From: Candidatus Spongiisociaceae bacterium
GTDB lineage: Bacteria; Actinomycetota; Acidimicrobiia; Spongiisociales; Spongiisociaceae
Length of the DNA stretch: 64,000 nt
Direction of reading: 5' to 3'
Assembly: GCA_965219685.1 (NCBI GenBank)
Contig: CBDCOH010000002.1
Coordinates: 1,248,001-1,312,000, forward strand
Within the stretch, counting starts at the first letter, position 1, and the number at the start of each line of letters is the position of its first letter. Positions 30,277 to 40,416 of this stretch are shown in pieces. Both the position numbers and the translations under genes were made by a program. The notes beneath the pieces are model-generated. The model had not been told where the DNA came from and searched no databases. It was given only the letters and a program-made list of their open reading frames with translations.

Positions 30277-31353
30277 TCAGCCGAGCTTGGCGGCGATCGA
30301 GGCGGCGCTCCGTAGGGCGACCCCGTCGGAGCCCGCGGTGGAGAAGACCCTCGCACTCGAGTTCTCCATCTCGCTGACCAGGTCCAGCACGATCTGTCGG
30401 CGGCTGATCGGCGGATCGACCCACAGGTAGAGCGACAGGCTTCCGGGAATGGTGTTGACCTCGTTGATCCACAGTTCTCCGTCCCGTTCCAGGAAGTCGA
30501 GGCGCGCGATCGACCTGATTCCCGCCAGCTCCGTGACAGTGGCCGCCAGCGACCGGATCCGGCCCTCGAGGTCGGGGGGGAGCCTGGCCGGAAGTTCCCG
30601 TGCGGAGCCTTCGATCCCGCCCCCTGAGAGGTACTTCTCCTCGTACCCGTAGAACTGGTCGCTAACCGGGGCTTCGATCGCTGACAGTTGGAATTCCGGG
30701 TAGGTGCGGATGGCGACGTTCAGGTCCCTCCCACCATCCAGATAGGGTTCGATGACCCCACCACGATCCATGTGAGGCGACGATCGGAGCAGCGCCAGGG
30801 CGGTCCCGTAGTCGTCGACCACCTCGATGCCGATCGAGGAGCCGCCGAAGCGCGGCTTCACTATGTAGGGAGGGGGGTAGTCCGGTTCGGCGCCAGGGGC
30901 GAGCAGCCGGCGCGGAAGGCCGGGCAACCCGGCTGCCGACACCAGGGCGCCGAAAGCCAGCTTGTCCATGCAGAGGGCCGACGCGGCGGCGTCGGTGCCC
31001 GAGTGGCGGACGCCGACGATGTCCAAGGCTCCCTGGAGGGTTCCGTCCTCGCCCGGGCCCCCGTGGCAGCAGTTCAGAACGGTGTCGACATCCAGCCTGC
31101 GACGCTTCACCATCCACCCGATGTTGGGCTCCGCGACGAACCGCAACTCGCGCGCCTTGGGCGGAGGACCTGCGGCGTAGTGGGACGCCTCCCCGGCCGG
31201 GTCCACCCTGTACCAGCGCCCCACCTTCGACCAGTAGACGGCCACGGGGTCCCGGCCCGCCTCGGCCAGCAGCCGAGAGGCCTGGAGGCCGGTCAGCACG
31301 CTTATGTCGTGTTCGGGGGAAGGGCCGCCGAACACGACCGCCGGATTGGTCAT
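30277..31353 (-). CDS. ddl: D-alanine--D-alanine ligase
   Basis: FGGPSPEHDIS, HGGPGEDG, MDK, GSSIG, YEEKY, NEVNTIPG. Confidence 0.88.
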   Translation of the reverse strand: MTNPAVVFGGPSPEHDISVLTGLQASRLLAEAGRDPVAVYWSKVGRWYRVDPAGEASHYAAGPPPKARELRFVAEPNIGWMVKRRRLDVDTVLNCCHGGPGEDGTLQGALDIVGVRHSGTDAAASALCMDKLAFGALVSAAGLPGLPRRLLAPGAEPDYPPPYIVKPRFGGSSIGIEVVDDYGTALALLRSSPHMDRGGVIEPYLDGGRDLNVAIRTYPEFQLSAIEAPVSDQFYGYEEKYLSGGGIEGSARELPARLPPDLEGRIRSLAATVTELAGIRSIARLDFLERDGELWINEVNTIPGSLSLYLWVDPPISRRQIVLDLVSEMENSSARVFSTAGSDGVALRSAASIAAKLG

Positions 31354-31552
31354 GCCGTTCCTCCACACATGTCGAGTCCGCTGGGGTTGACCGCTCTGGT
31401 ACAGAGGCTAGGCGACGGGCAGCCGTTCGCCGGTGATCTCTGGCTGGTGGTTGGTGGCCGCCTGCCCGACTAGGCCATCGCCGGCAAGACCGAACTCGTC
31501 TTGGATACCCATCGGAGTTAACCGGTGACCACTGAGGGGTCCGTCCCCTGCC

Positions 31553-33106
31553 CTACGGGTAATGATCCGGCAGGTCGTTCTCGTACAGCACCGCATCATC
31601 CGGGCCCAGGCGACCGCGCACCCACTCCACCGCCTCCTCCCGGTGGTCCACAAGCGTGATCCGGGCCCTCCGCCCGCGGGCTCCGCGAGCCAACCACCTG
31701 CGATTGGCCCTGCCGACGATCACCAGGTCGTCGGCGACCTCGGCCGCCGACGTACCGAGAGCGATGTTCTCGCCCTTCTGGCGAGGACCGAGTTCGATCA
31801 TCCCCGGCGTTACCACCACCCGCCGCGCCCCGGGACCCCCGCTGGCCGCGAGGACCTCCAATGCCCTGGCGGCGCCGGCCGGGTTCGAGTTGAAGGTGTC
31901 GTCGATGATCGTGAACCCCTTCGAGGACACCCCGACCGATTGGCGATGCTCCGTCTGGGTGATTCCCCGGCTCCGGTCGGCGATGGCGCCGGCCTCGACC
32001 CCGAGTTGCAGGGCCACCGCCACCGCACAGGCCAGGTTCGCATGGAACACGCTCGTGGCCGAGACGTCGCCGATCTGCTCGCCCCGCACCACGATGGCAG
32101 CTCTGCCCCCGCGGGCCCGGACGCGGACGTCCGCCGCCGCTCGGGTCGTGCCGCAACGCCAGACGGTCGGTCCACCCGCCTCCGAGGACAGCCTGTCTGC
32201 GAGTTCGGCGAGGAGGGGATGGTCGACGTTCACCACCACCGCCCCGGCTCCTTCGACGATCTCGGACTTGGCTTCGACGATCCGCTCCTCCGTCCTGAAC
32301 CTCTGGAGGTGGACCGGTCCGATGGCCGTCAGCACCGCCACCGACGGGGGGATCCAGGAACAGAGTTCGGCAATCTCACCCTTCCCGTAGGTGCCCATCT
32401 CGGCCACGAACACCTCGGCGTCGGCGGTCAGGTGCTCGTTCACCGCCCGTGCCAGCCCCAGGCGGTTGTTGAAGCTGGCCGGGCTGGCCACCACCCGCTT
32501 CGTGCCCTCCACCAACTGCTTGACGTACCACTTGGTCGAGGTCTTCCCGAAGCTGCCGGTGATCCCGACCACGATCGGCGCCACGCGGGCGAGCGAGCGA
32601 GTGGCCTGGTCGACGTACGTCTGCGAGATGCGCCTCTCCAGTGGTCCGGCTACCCATAGCGCAGCGTCGGGGGCCAGGTAGGAAAGGAGGACCAGGATCA
32701 GGGTCGAGGTGCCCGACGGCGCCCGTCCGGCTGCGGTCGCTACCACCCACGTGCCCAACGCTGTGGCCCCCAGAAGGATCCCCGCTGTCACAACTGCGGT
32801 GCGCTTCAGCCGGGAGGTCCACACCAGCGGGGAGGTGCGACCCCGGAGTGCCAGTCCGAGCGGGAAGACAGCAGCTCCGACCACCCCCACCAGAGGCCAG
32901 AGGGAGTCGGGCCGCGCAAGCCACCCGAGAAGGGCGACTGCCACCAGCAGCAACTCCCCCAAGTTCAGTAGCCGCCCGGCCATCCAGACCCTCCGCATCG
33001 CGATGACCGAGCCGGCCAGGTAGTGCTCGCGTTGGGCGACCCTGAGCCACCTGACGCTTGCGACGAGTACCGCTACCAGGCCCAGAGCCGGCATTCCCCA
33101 CGTCAC
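31553..33106 (-). CDS. murF: MurF-type ligase with N-terminal membrane domain
   Basis: GITGSFGKTSTK, SFNN, EMG, DDTFNSNP, TPGMIELG, ENDLPDHY. Confidence 0.82.
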   Translation of the reverse strand: MTWGMPALGLVAVLVASVRWLRVAQREHYLAGSVIAMRRVWMAGRLLNLGELLLVAVALLGWLARPDSLWPLVGVVGAAVFPLGLALRGRTSPLVWTSRLKRTAVVTAGILLGATALGTWVVATAAGRAPSGTSTLILVLLSYLAPDAALWVAGPLERRISQTYVDQATRSLARVAPIVVGITGSFGKTSTKWYVKQLVEGTKRVVASPASFNNRLGLARAVNEHLTADAEVFVAEMGTYGKGEIAELCSWIPPSVAVLTAIGPVHLQRFRTEERIVEAKSEIVEGAGAVVVNVDHPLLAELADRLSSEAGGPTVWRCGTTRAAADVRVRARGGRAAIVVRGEQIGDVSATSVFHANLACAVAVALQLGVEAGAIADRSRGITQTEHRQSVGVSSKGFTIIDDTFNSNPAGAARALEVLAASGGPGARRVVVTPGMIELGPRQKGENIALGTSAAEVADDLVIVGRANRRWLARGARGRRARITLVDHREEAVEWVRGRLGPDDAVLYENDLPDHYP

Positions 33107-33870
33107 AGCAATTCCTCGACAGCGAGGCGGACCCGATCGGGAGCCAGGCGTGGGACATCATGCCCGCAGCCGTCCACCACGTCCACCTTCACATCGTCTA
33201 GAAGCGCCGCGGACCCGTGGGCCACCTCCAAGGGGACCTCCCGATCGTCGGCGCCCCAGACCATGCGGACCGGACACTCGATACGGGACAGTTCGGACTC
33301 GTACGTCTCGTTGACCATCGTGACCAGGACGTCTCGCATCACACCGGAGACGGCGCGGTAGTCGGCCGACCCTCGGCGCCGTTTCTCGCGTTCTAGGCGC
33401 CGGTCGCTGATTAGCCCGGCCTTGTTGGCCCACCGCACCAACCGGTATGCCTTGGACGGCTTGCGCGTCGGTCGGTTGCCGGGGCGCAACAAGGGGACAC
33501 CGACCAGGACGAGCCCCGACACCAGTTCCGGGCGCTCGGCGGCAAGCACCGCGGCCACCCTTCCCCCGAACGAATGGCCCACCAGAACCGGTCGGCCGCC
33601 GAGTTCCTCCACCAGTGGGGCAACCAGTTCCGCATATCCCGACGCCCCTACAATCCCGGCCGGAGGCGGGCTGGCTCCGAAACCGGGCAGATCGACCGAC
33701 ACAGCGTCAAGTCCGTCCAGCACCTCCACGAAGTCCCGGCGGTTCCTCCCCCACCCGTGCAACGCCACGACGCGCGCCTCGCCCGATCCGTAGCGATCCC
33801 CGAACAAGATTCCGTCTACGAAGCTCCTGAGGGGCAGGACGCCTTCTCCCTGATCGCCTGAGCCGGTCAA
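33103..33870 (-). CDS. Alpha/beta hydrolase
   Basis: HGWG, DLPGFG, GHSFGG nucleophile elbow, C-terminal His; start uncertain. Confidence 0.85.
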   Translation of the reverse strand: MTGSGDQGEGVLPLRSFVDGILFGDRYGSGEARVVALHGWGRNRRDFVEVLDGLDAVSVDLPGFGASPPPAGIVGASGYAELVAPLVEELGGRPVLVGHSFGGRVAAVLAAERPELVSGLVLVGVPLLRPGNRPTRKPSKAYRLVRWANKAGLISDRRLEREKRRRGSADYRAVSGVMRDVLVTMVNETYESELSRIECPVRMVWGADDREVPLEVAHGSAALLDDVKVDVVDGCGHDVPRLAPDRVRLAVEELL

Positions 33871-34095
33871 CCCCCGGGACGTGGGACTCGCCGAGGGCCG
33901 GCGCCGCGAGGTTACCGCCGGACCCACCCGATGAGTTACCCCATGTGGAGGAGAAGAGCGCCACACTGACCCGCGCGTGTTTGATGTTGGGCACCCCCGT
34001 GATAGACACTTTCGGAGACGCGGACCATATCAGTAGTGTTAGTATGATTGTCACAACTGTTGGTAAAGACTTGACACTGTTGGTGGAGAGGAAAG

Positions 34096-34287
34096 ATGGT
34101 TACCGAGTCGTTGGTGGATACCAAGGATGAGGCACGGCAGGCCGAGGTCCCCACTGACATTGCTCAGGCGCTGCTCAAGATCCACGAGGACCGTACGTAC
34201 TACGTCAAATGGGTGGTCGGCGTGGGCATCGGTATCGTCACGGTGGTTCTCGCCGTTGCGGGGGTGCTGATCGCCGTACTCGGGTAG
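34096..34287 (+). CDS. Small C-terminally membrane-anchored protein (VTESLVDxKDEARQAEV family)
   Basis: SD GGAGAGG; C-terminal TM helix; paralog at 50454-50675 differs mostly by synonymous changes. Confidence 0.75.
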   Translation: MVTESLVDTKDEARQAEVPTDIAQALLKIHEDRTYYVKWVVGVGIGIVTVVLAVAGVLIAVLG

Positions 34288-34321
34288 TAGGGCTCGCCGG
34301 AGAAGGGTCCTACGGGCGTTC

Positions 34322-35113
34322 CTATTCGGGAGAGCGGTTGGAGGTGGCGATGGCGTGGAAGCCGGCGTCGACATGGATCACCTCGCCGGTCACTTTCGTG
34401 GCGAAGTCTGACAGCATCACACAGATCATGTTGGCTACCGGGGTCGGGTCTGTGGTGTCCCACTCGAGGGGAGCGCGCTGGTCCCAGACATCCTGGAACC
34501 GGGAGAATCCCGCGATACCCTTGGCTGCGACGGTCGACAACGGCCCCGCCGAGACGGCGTTGACCCGGATGTTGTGAGGCCCCAGGTCACGGGCCAGGTA
34601 ACGGGTCACCGACGCCAGCGCCGCCTTGCACACCCCCATCCAGTCGTATGCAGGCCAGGCCTGGGTGCTGTTGTCGAAGTCGAGGGTGACCAGCGAGCCG
34701 CCGCCGGCCTCCTGCAGCAACGGCAGCAGCCCCACGGCCAGGGTCTTGTACGAGAACGCCGACGTGGTGAAGGCGAGCGCCGCGCTCTCCGACGGGGTGG
34801 TCAGGAAGTTGCCTCCGAGCGCGTCCTCGGGTGCGTAGGCGATGGCGTGGACTGCCCCGTCGATGCTTCCCCACCGCTCCGAGAGTCGGGCCACCAGCCC
34901 GTCCATCTGGGCCGGATCGTTGATGTCCAACTCGAACACGTCGGGCGGGTCGGGAAGGCGCTGTGCCGACCGCCGCGTGAGCCGCATCCCGCGCCCGAAC
35001 CCGGTCAGGATGATCTCAGCGCCCTGCTCCTGGGCAACCTTTGCGGTGTGCCACGCGATGGAGCCGTGGGTGAGGACCCCGGTGATGAGCAAGCGTTTAC
35101 CGGTCAGCAGCAT
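34322..35113 (-). CDS. fabI: Enoyl-ACP reductase (FabI/InhA type)
   Basis: GKRLLITGV, SIA, YDWMGVCKAAL, IHVDAG. Confidence 0.93.
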   Translation of the reverse strand: MLLTGKRLLITGVLTHGSIAWHTAKVAQEQGAEIILTGFGRGMRLTRRSAQRLPDPPDVFELDINDPAQMDGLVARLSERWGSIDGAVHAIAYAPEDALGGNFLTTPSESAALAFTTSAFSYKTLAVGLLPLLQEAGGGSLVTLDFDNSTQAWPAYDWMGVCKAALASVTRYLARDLGPHNIRVNAVSAGPLSTVAAKGIAGFSRFQDVWDQRAPLEWDTTDPTPVANMICVMLSDFATKVTGEVIHVDAGFHAIATSNRSPE

Positions 35114-35156
35114 GGTGCCTCCTTCTCAGGACCCGGATGACCGGGAGACAGGCGGC

Positions 35157-37118
35157 TCAGTCCTCGTCGCCCGGAGCGGAGGCCGCCATCTCGGCGATCT
35201 CGGCCACGATATCGGCATTGGCGAGGGTGGTCACATCGCCCAGCCGGCGTTGTTCCGATATGTCTCTCAGCAGGCGTCGCATGATCTTGCCCGAGCGGGT
35301 CTTCGGTACGTCGGGTGTGAACACGATGCTCTTGGGTTTGGCGATCGGCCCGATGGAGTTGGCGACGTGATCGCGTAGCGTCCGCATGAGCCCGGTGTCG
35401 CCCTCGAACCCGCCCCGCAGGCTCACGAACGCCGCGATCGCCTGGCCGGTGAGCGGGTCGCTTCGACCGACCACCGCCGCTTCGGCCACCGACGGATGGG
35501 AGACAAGGGCTGACTCGACCTCCATGGTCGAGATGTTGTGACCCGCCACCAGCATCACGTCGTCGACCCGACCCAGTAGCCACAGGTAGCCGTCGTCGTC
35601 CAGCTTGGCGCCGTCGCCGGGGAAGTAGAGGCCGTCGAATCGGGACCAGTAGGTGTCGACGTAGCGCTGGTCGTCTCCCCAGATGGAGCGGAGCATCGAG
35701 GGCCAGGAGTTACGGATGACCAGATAGCCGCCGCCGCCCCGGCCGACGGATAGCCCGCCCTCGTCCACGACGTCCGTCACGATCCCGGGCATCGGCCGGG
35801 TGGCGCTGCCCGGTTTGGTGGTGGTGATGCCGGGCAGGGGCGAGATCATGATCGAGCCGGTCTCGGTCTGCCACCAGGTGTCGACCACCGGCGACGTGCC
35901 CCCTCCGATGTGCTCGTGGTACCACATCCAGGCCTCGGGATTGATCGGCTCTCCCACCGTTCCCAGGAGCCGCAGCGACGACAGGTCATGGCGCTGTGGG
36001 TACTCCACGCCCCACTTCATGAAGGCGCGGATGGCGGTGGGCGCCGTGTACAACTGCGTGACACCGTACTTGGCGATTATCGACCAGAGCCGGTCCTTGT
36101 CCGGATAGTCGGGAGTTCCCTCGTACATGACCGACGTGGTTTGGTTGGCCAGGGGTCCGTAGACGATGTACGTGTGCCCGGTAACCCATCCGATGTCGGC
36201 GCCGCACCACCAGATGTCCTCGTCCGGTTTGACATCGAACACGTAGCTGTGGGTGGTGGTGGCGCCCACCAGGTAGCCACCGGTGGTGTGCATAATGCCC
36301 TTGGGCTTGCCGGTGGTGCCCGACGTGTAGAGGATGTAGAGCAGGTCCTCTGCGTTCATTACCTCCGGGGCACAGTCGGCCGGCTGGCCCTCCACCAGAT
36401 CATGCCACCAGATGTCACGCCCGGGCGTCATGGTGACCTCGTTGCCCGTGCGGGCGAGCACCACGCAGTGCCGGATCAGATCTGTGCGGTCCATCGCCCG
36501 GTCCGCCGCCACCTTCAGGTCGACGACGCCTCCCCTCCGCCAGGCACCGTCGCAGGTGATGAGTACCTCGGCGCCCGCGTCCTCAACCCGGTCGTAGATG
36601 GCGTCCGACGAGAAACCGCCGAAGATCACGCTGTGAGCAGCTCCGATACGTGCACACGCCAGCATGGCGACGGCAAGCTCGGGCACCATCCCCATGTACA
36701 CGGCGATCCGGTCGCCTTTCTTGACGCCGATGGACCTGAGCCCGTTGGCGAAGCGGCACACCTCGTCGTACAGGTCCTGGTAGGTGAGCACCCTCTCGTC
36801 GCCCGGCTCCCCCTCCCAGTAGAATGCGACCTTGTCGCCCCGGCCCGCCTCGATATGGCGGTCGATGCAGTTGTAGGCGACGTTGAGCTCGCCGTCGGAG
36901 AACCACTTGAAGAACGGTGGGTTCGAATCGTCCAGCAGCAGGGTGGGCTCTTTGAACCATGTGATCCGGTTCCGCGCCTGCGCTTCCCAGTAGGCGACGG
37001 GATCGGCGGCTGCCTCCTCGTGCAGGCCGGGCTTCGCGTTGGCTTGGGACGTGAAGTCCGACGACGGCGGGAAGGTGCGGTCTTCTTGCAGCAGGTTTTC
37101 GATGGTGCGCTCGGCCAC
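35157..37118 (-). CDS. acs: Acetyl-CoA synthetase
   Basis: YTSGTTGKPKG, DIGWVTGHTY, DTWWQTETG, PKTRSGKIMRR. Confidence 0.96.
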   Translation of the reverse strand: MAERTIENLLQEDRTFPPSSDFTSQANAKPGLHEEAAADPVAYWEAQARNRITWFKEPTLLLDDSNPPFFKWFSDGELNVAYNCIDRHIEAGRGDKVAFYWEGEPGDERVLTYQDLYDEVCRFANGLRSIGVKKGDRIAVYMGMVPELAVAMLACARIGAAHSVIFGGFSSDAIYDRVEDAGAEVLITCDGAWRRGGVVDLKVAADRAMDRTDLIRHCVVLARTGNEVTMTPGRDIWWHDLVEGQPADCAPEVMNAEDLLYILYTSGTTGKPKGIMHTTGGYLVGATTTHSYVFDVKPDEDIWWCGADIGWVTGHTYIVYGPLANQTTSVMYEGTPDYPDKDRLWSIIAKYGVTQLYTAPTAIRAFMKWGVEYPQRHDLSSLRLLGTVGEPINPEAWMWYHEHIGGGTSPVVDTWWQTETGSIMISPLPGITTTKPGSATRPMPGIVTDVVDEGGLSVGRGGGGYLVIRNSWPSMLRSIWGDDQRYVDTYWSRFDGLYFPGDGAKLDDDGYLWLLGRVDDVMLVAGHNISTMEVESALVSHPSVAEAAVVGRSDPLTGQAIAAFVSLRGGFEGDTGLMRTLRDHVANSIGPIAKPKSIVFTPDVPKTRSGKIMRRLLRDISEQRRLGDVTTLANADIVAEIAEMAASAPGDED

Positions 37119-37191
37119 GTCTCCTCACTCCGGGTCGGTTAGCCGGAGGGTACCGGGTTGCGACGGCCCCCGCGCCGCCCGCGCTACCCGG

Positions 37192-37545
37192 CTAGGGGCG
37201 GTGGTCGGTGCGGCGCACCCGCTTGGACATGCCACCCGGTGTCCGGAGGCATCTGACCCTGTCGTTGATGTCGCGGAGATCCTCGAGCAGGCGCTGGGCT
37301 TCGATGGTCTCGTCGAGCCGCCGGTTGGCAGCGCCGATGCGCTCGCGCATCTCCTCGGTGACCTCCTCGATGCGCAGGCTCAGGGCCCGGCACTTCTCGT
37401 CGAGCTCTCGCCGGTTGGCTTCCATCTCGGCTCGGAGTTCTTCCGCCACGGCGTCGAGCCGGCGGTTGGTACGCCATACATAGACGAAGGCGACCAGTTC
37501 CAGCAGACCCAGTACTGCGAGTATGAGAGTTGTAGTTATTGCCAT
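37192..37545 (-). CDS. Small protein with N-terminal TM helix and coiled coil
   Basis: Hydrophobic N-terminus, E/R-rich heptads, and a good leaderless-type promoter just upstream. Confidence 0.65.
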   Translation of the reverse strand: MAITTTLILAVLGLLELVAFVYVWRTNRRLDAVAEELRAEMEANRRELDEKCRALSLRIEEVTEEMRERIGAANRRLDETIEAQRLLEDLRDINDRVRCLRTPGGMSKRVRRTDHRP

Positions 37546-37551
37546 AACACT

Positions 37552-37580
37552 ATTCTATGCAACGTTGTCCTATCATTCAA
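37552..37580 (-). promoter_or_regulatory. Sigma-70-type promoter, likely leaderless
   Basis: TTGAAT-N17-TAGAAT-N6-ATG, with ACAACGTTG in the spacer. Confidence 0.65.
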
Positions 37581-37704
37581 CTGGATTGTTGGAGTAGTTT
37601 TCCCGATGTCGAATTCCATCTCCGAACCCGGCCCGGAAGGGACGTGGAGTCTCCCTCCCTAGAGTCACCGGCCGATACCACAGTCGAGAAGGTGAGTTCC
37701 CCCG

Positions 37705-38625
37705 ATGCCTCCCAGCCGTGTCCAGAGATCGATGCTGTCGGTGCCCGCCTCGCAGCCGGCCCTCTACCCGAAAGCGGCCCGCTCGGGAGCCGACCAGGTG
37801 ATGATCGACCTGGAGGACGCGGTGGCCCCCGACGACAAGGAGGCAGCCCGGGCCTTGGTGGTGAACGGTGTGCGTGAGGTCGACTGGGCGGCCTCCGGGC
37901 AGACGTTGACGGTGCGGATCAACGACACCGGTACGCCCTGGATGGAGGACGACGTCCGTACGGTGGTCACAGGAGCCGGCGCACTCATCGACACCCTGAT
38001 GATTCCCAAGGTCACCGGACCCCGGGATGTGACCATGGTTGCCGCGCTTCTCGACGAGCTGGAGACCGCTCTCGGTCTCCCCAAGACGATCGGCCTGGAA
38101 GTGCTGATCGAGACTTCCCGGGGGCTGGCCTATGTCAACTCCGTGGCCGATGCCCACCCCCGGCTCGAGGCGCTCCACTTCGGAGCCGGCGACTTCGGCG
38201 CCAGCATGGGGGCACGCACGCTGAGCATCGGGGACGGCGTGGGGATGGGCAACCGCTGGCACGCGGTCCAAACGATGATCGCGGTGGCGGCCCGCGCCCA
38301 CGGGTTGAGACCCATCGACTCGGCCTACGACAACTTCCATGACGATGAGGGATACCTGGCCGCCGCAGAGGCGGCCGCGGGTCTCGGCTACGAAGGGAAG
38401 TGGGCTATCCATCCGAGACAGGTCCCGCTCGCCAATCAGGTGTTCTCCCCCACCCCGGACGAGGTGGCGTCCGCTCAGGGTCTCCTGGACGCACTGGACG
38501 CCGCAGCAGCCACGGGACGCGGAGCTGCCCGCTATCAGGGAAAGATGATCGACGCAGCCTCTGCTCGCCTGGCGGAGAACATCCTGCGTATCGCCGAGCG
38601 AGTCCGCGCCTCAAGCCCGCAGTAA
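37705..38625 (+). CDS. CitE/malyl-CoA lyase family (HpcH/HpaI) enzyme
   Basis: RSMLSVP, IDLEDAVAP, VRIN, LIET, GKWAIHP, GKMID. Confidence 0.88.
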   Translation: MPPSRVQRSMLSVPASQPALYPKAARSGADQVMIDLEDAVAPDDKEAARALVVNGVREVDWAASGQTLTVRINDTGTPWMEDDVRTVVTGAGALIDTLMIPKVTGPRDVTMVAALLDELETALGLPKTIGLEVLIETSRGLAYVNSVADAHPRLEALHFGAGDFGASMGARTLSIGDGVGMGNRWHAVQTMIAVAARAHGLRPIDSAYDNFHDDEGYLAAAEAAAGLGYEGKWAIHPRQVPLANQVFSPTPDEVASAQGLLDALDAAAATGRGAARYQGKMIDAASARLAENILRIAERVRASSPQ

Positions 38626-38653
38626 CCTCGGCAACCCGCTATCAGAGATAGCA

Positions 38654-38697
38654 TCTAACACTAACATCTAATTAACCCTAAACCACTAACTACTAAC
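38654..38697 (-). repeat. Degenerate AT-rich CTAA-based short-period array after the lipA stop
   Basis: tctaacactaacatctaattaaccctaaaccactaactactaac. Confidence 0.55.
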
Positions 38698-40375
38698 CAC
38701 GATCGCCGATAGCCACCGGTACCGGGCCTGAGGAAGCGGCGCCCAGCGAGTCGCGGGCGTGGTAGGACGAACGAACCAGCGGGCCGGACTCCACGTGAGC
38801 CAGACCGATGCGGCGGCCGTAGGCGGCGTATTCCGCGAATTCGTCGGGGTGCACGTACCGGTGAACGGGGCGGTGGCGGACTGTCGGGCGCAGGTACTGG
38901 CCGATAGTCACGATGTCCACGCCGACGGCCCGGAGATCGGCCAGCGCACCGAGCAGTTCGTCGCGGGTCTCGCCCATCCCGGCGATGAGCCCGGACTTGA
39001 CAGCGCGGCTCTGGTCGTACCACTTCGCCCTGGCCAGCAGGGCCAGCGACCTGCCGTAGCTGGCCGAGGTCCGGACCTCGCGTTGCAGGCGCAACACGGT
39101 CTCGGTGTTGTGGTTGAGCACCGCCGGCCCGGCGCGCAGGACCCGCTCGAGGTCGGCACGGGCTCCCTTGAAGTCGGGTATCAGCACTTCCACGTCGCAG
39201 CCCGGCACCTTCGTGCGGACCTCCTCGACGGTCCGGGCGAAGACAGTTGACCCCCCGTCGGGGAGGTCGTCGCGATTGACCGAGGTGATGACGGCGTGGC
39301 TCAGCCCCATCGACTCCACCGCCTCCGCCACGCGGAACGGTTCGTCCAGGTCGAGACCCTGGGGGCGTCCGGTGTTCACGTTGCAGAAGCCACACGCCCG
39401 GGTGCAGGTGTCCCCGAGGATCATCATCGTGGCGGTGCCCTGGCCCCAGCACTCGTAGATGTTGGGACAGCCTGCCTCCTCGCACACGGTGTGGAGGTCC
39501 AGGTCGCGCATGAGCCGGCGCAGCCGCAGGTAGTCGTCCCCGAACCGAGCTGTCACCTTCATCCACGGCGCCTTGGGCGGCTCGCCCGCCAGCCTGTTGC
39601 CGATCGTGACCGGGACCTCGGCGCGGCCCTGGGGCGAGAAGCACCCCTCGGCCAGCAGGCGGTCCACCTCGAACTCCCGGGGCCGACCCTGCTTGCGGGT
39701 GAAGGGGCCGATCTGCACCTCGTTGCGGCCGTATCCGAACACCTCCTGGAACCTCGGGACCACAACATCGATCACCTCCTCGATGGACACCTTGCGTCCC
39801 AGGAGTCGGGCGAGGCTGGTGACGGGCCGGTCGGTGATCCCGCAAGGGTTCATGTGGGAGAAGTAGGTCATGTCGGGATCGACGTTAAGGGCGAACCCGT
39901 GCATGGTGACCTGCCGGGCCACCCGCACCCCGATCGCCGCCACCTTCCCCATGCCGGTCCAGACACCGGTGTAGCTGCTCTCCCGCCGCGCGCGGATCCC
40001 GAAGTCGGCGAGGGTCCGGATGAGCACCTCCTCGAGGGCGCGCACGTACGGCACGATCCTCTTGGTGTCCGCCAGCGCCACGATCGGGTATCCGACCAGC
40101 TGCCCGGGGCCGTGGTACGTGATGTCGCCTCCCCGGTCGATGTCGAAGCGGAGCGCCCCGAGATCCGACAGACGGTCTTCGGAGATCAGCAGGTTGGCGG
40201 GGTCGCTGTTGCGGCCGAGCGTGTAGACGTGCGGGTGCTCCTGGAGCAGCAGGTAATCGGAATGCGCCCTGCCCCGGTGACGTCCCTCCCAGAAGGCCCG
40301 CTGCAGGTCCCACGCCTCCTCGTACTGAAGCCGGCCGAGCCATCTGGTTCGCAGCAGGTCAGGCTCCGCGACCAC
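38693..40375 (-). CDS. lipA: Fused octanoyltransferase LipB / lipoyl synthase LipA
   Basis: N-half HGPGQLVGYP, KVAAIG, HGFALN, PCG; C-half CEEAGCPNIYEC, CTRACGFC, RSSYHA; one continuous frame; start approximate. Confidence 0.9.
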   Translation of the reverse strand: MVAEPDLLRTRWLGRLQYEEAWDLQRAFWEGRHRGRAHSDYLLLQEHPHVYTLGRNSDPANLLISEDRLSDLGALRFDIDRGGDITYHGPGQLVGYPIVALADTKRIVPYVRALEEVLIRTLADFGIRARRESSYTGVWTGMGKVAAIGVRVARQVTMHGFALNVDPDMTYFSHMNPCGITDRPVTSLARLLGRKVSIEEVIDVVVPRFQEVFGYGRNEVQIGPFTRKQGRPREFEVDRLLAEGCFSPQGRAEVPVTIGNRLAGEPPKAPWMKVTARFGDDYLRLRRLMRDLDLHTVCEEAGCPNIYECWGQGTATMMILGDTCTRACGFCNVNTGRPQGLDLDEPFRVAEAVESMGLSHAVITSVNRDDLPDGGSTVFARTVEEVRTKVPGCDVEVLIPDFKGARADLERVLRAGPAVLNHNTETVLRLQREVRTSASYGRSLALLARAKWYDQSRAVKSGLIAGMGETRDELLGALADLRAVGVDIVTIGQYLRPTVRHRPVHRYVHPDEFAEYAAYGRRIGLAHVESGPLVRSSYHARDSLGAASSGPVPVAIGDRG

Positions 40376-40416
40376 GCCGAGGCGCTGGTCCCGGGTGACG
40401 ACGCTGCGGGCGCCGT

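Noticed and set aside
31370-31552. murF-ddl spacer as another copy of the 255-bp element
   Set aside because: It has only a TGGTGGTTGGTGG tract and a weak end-like word, too little to call.
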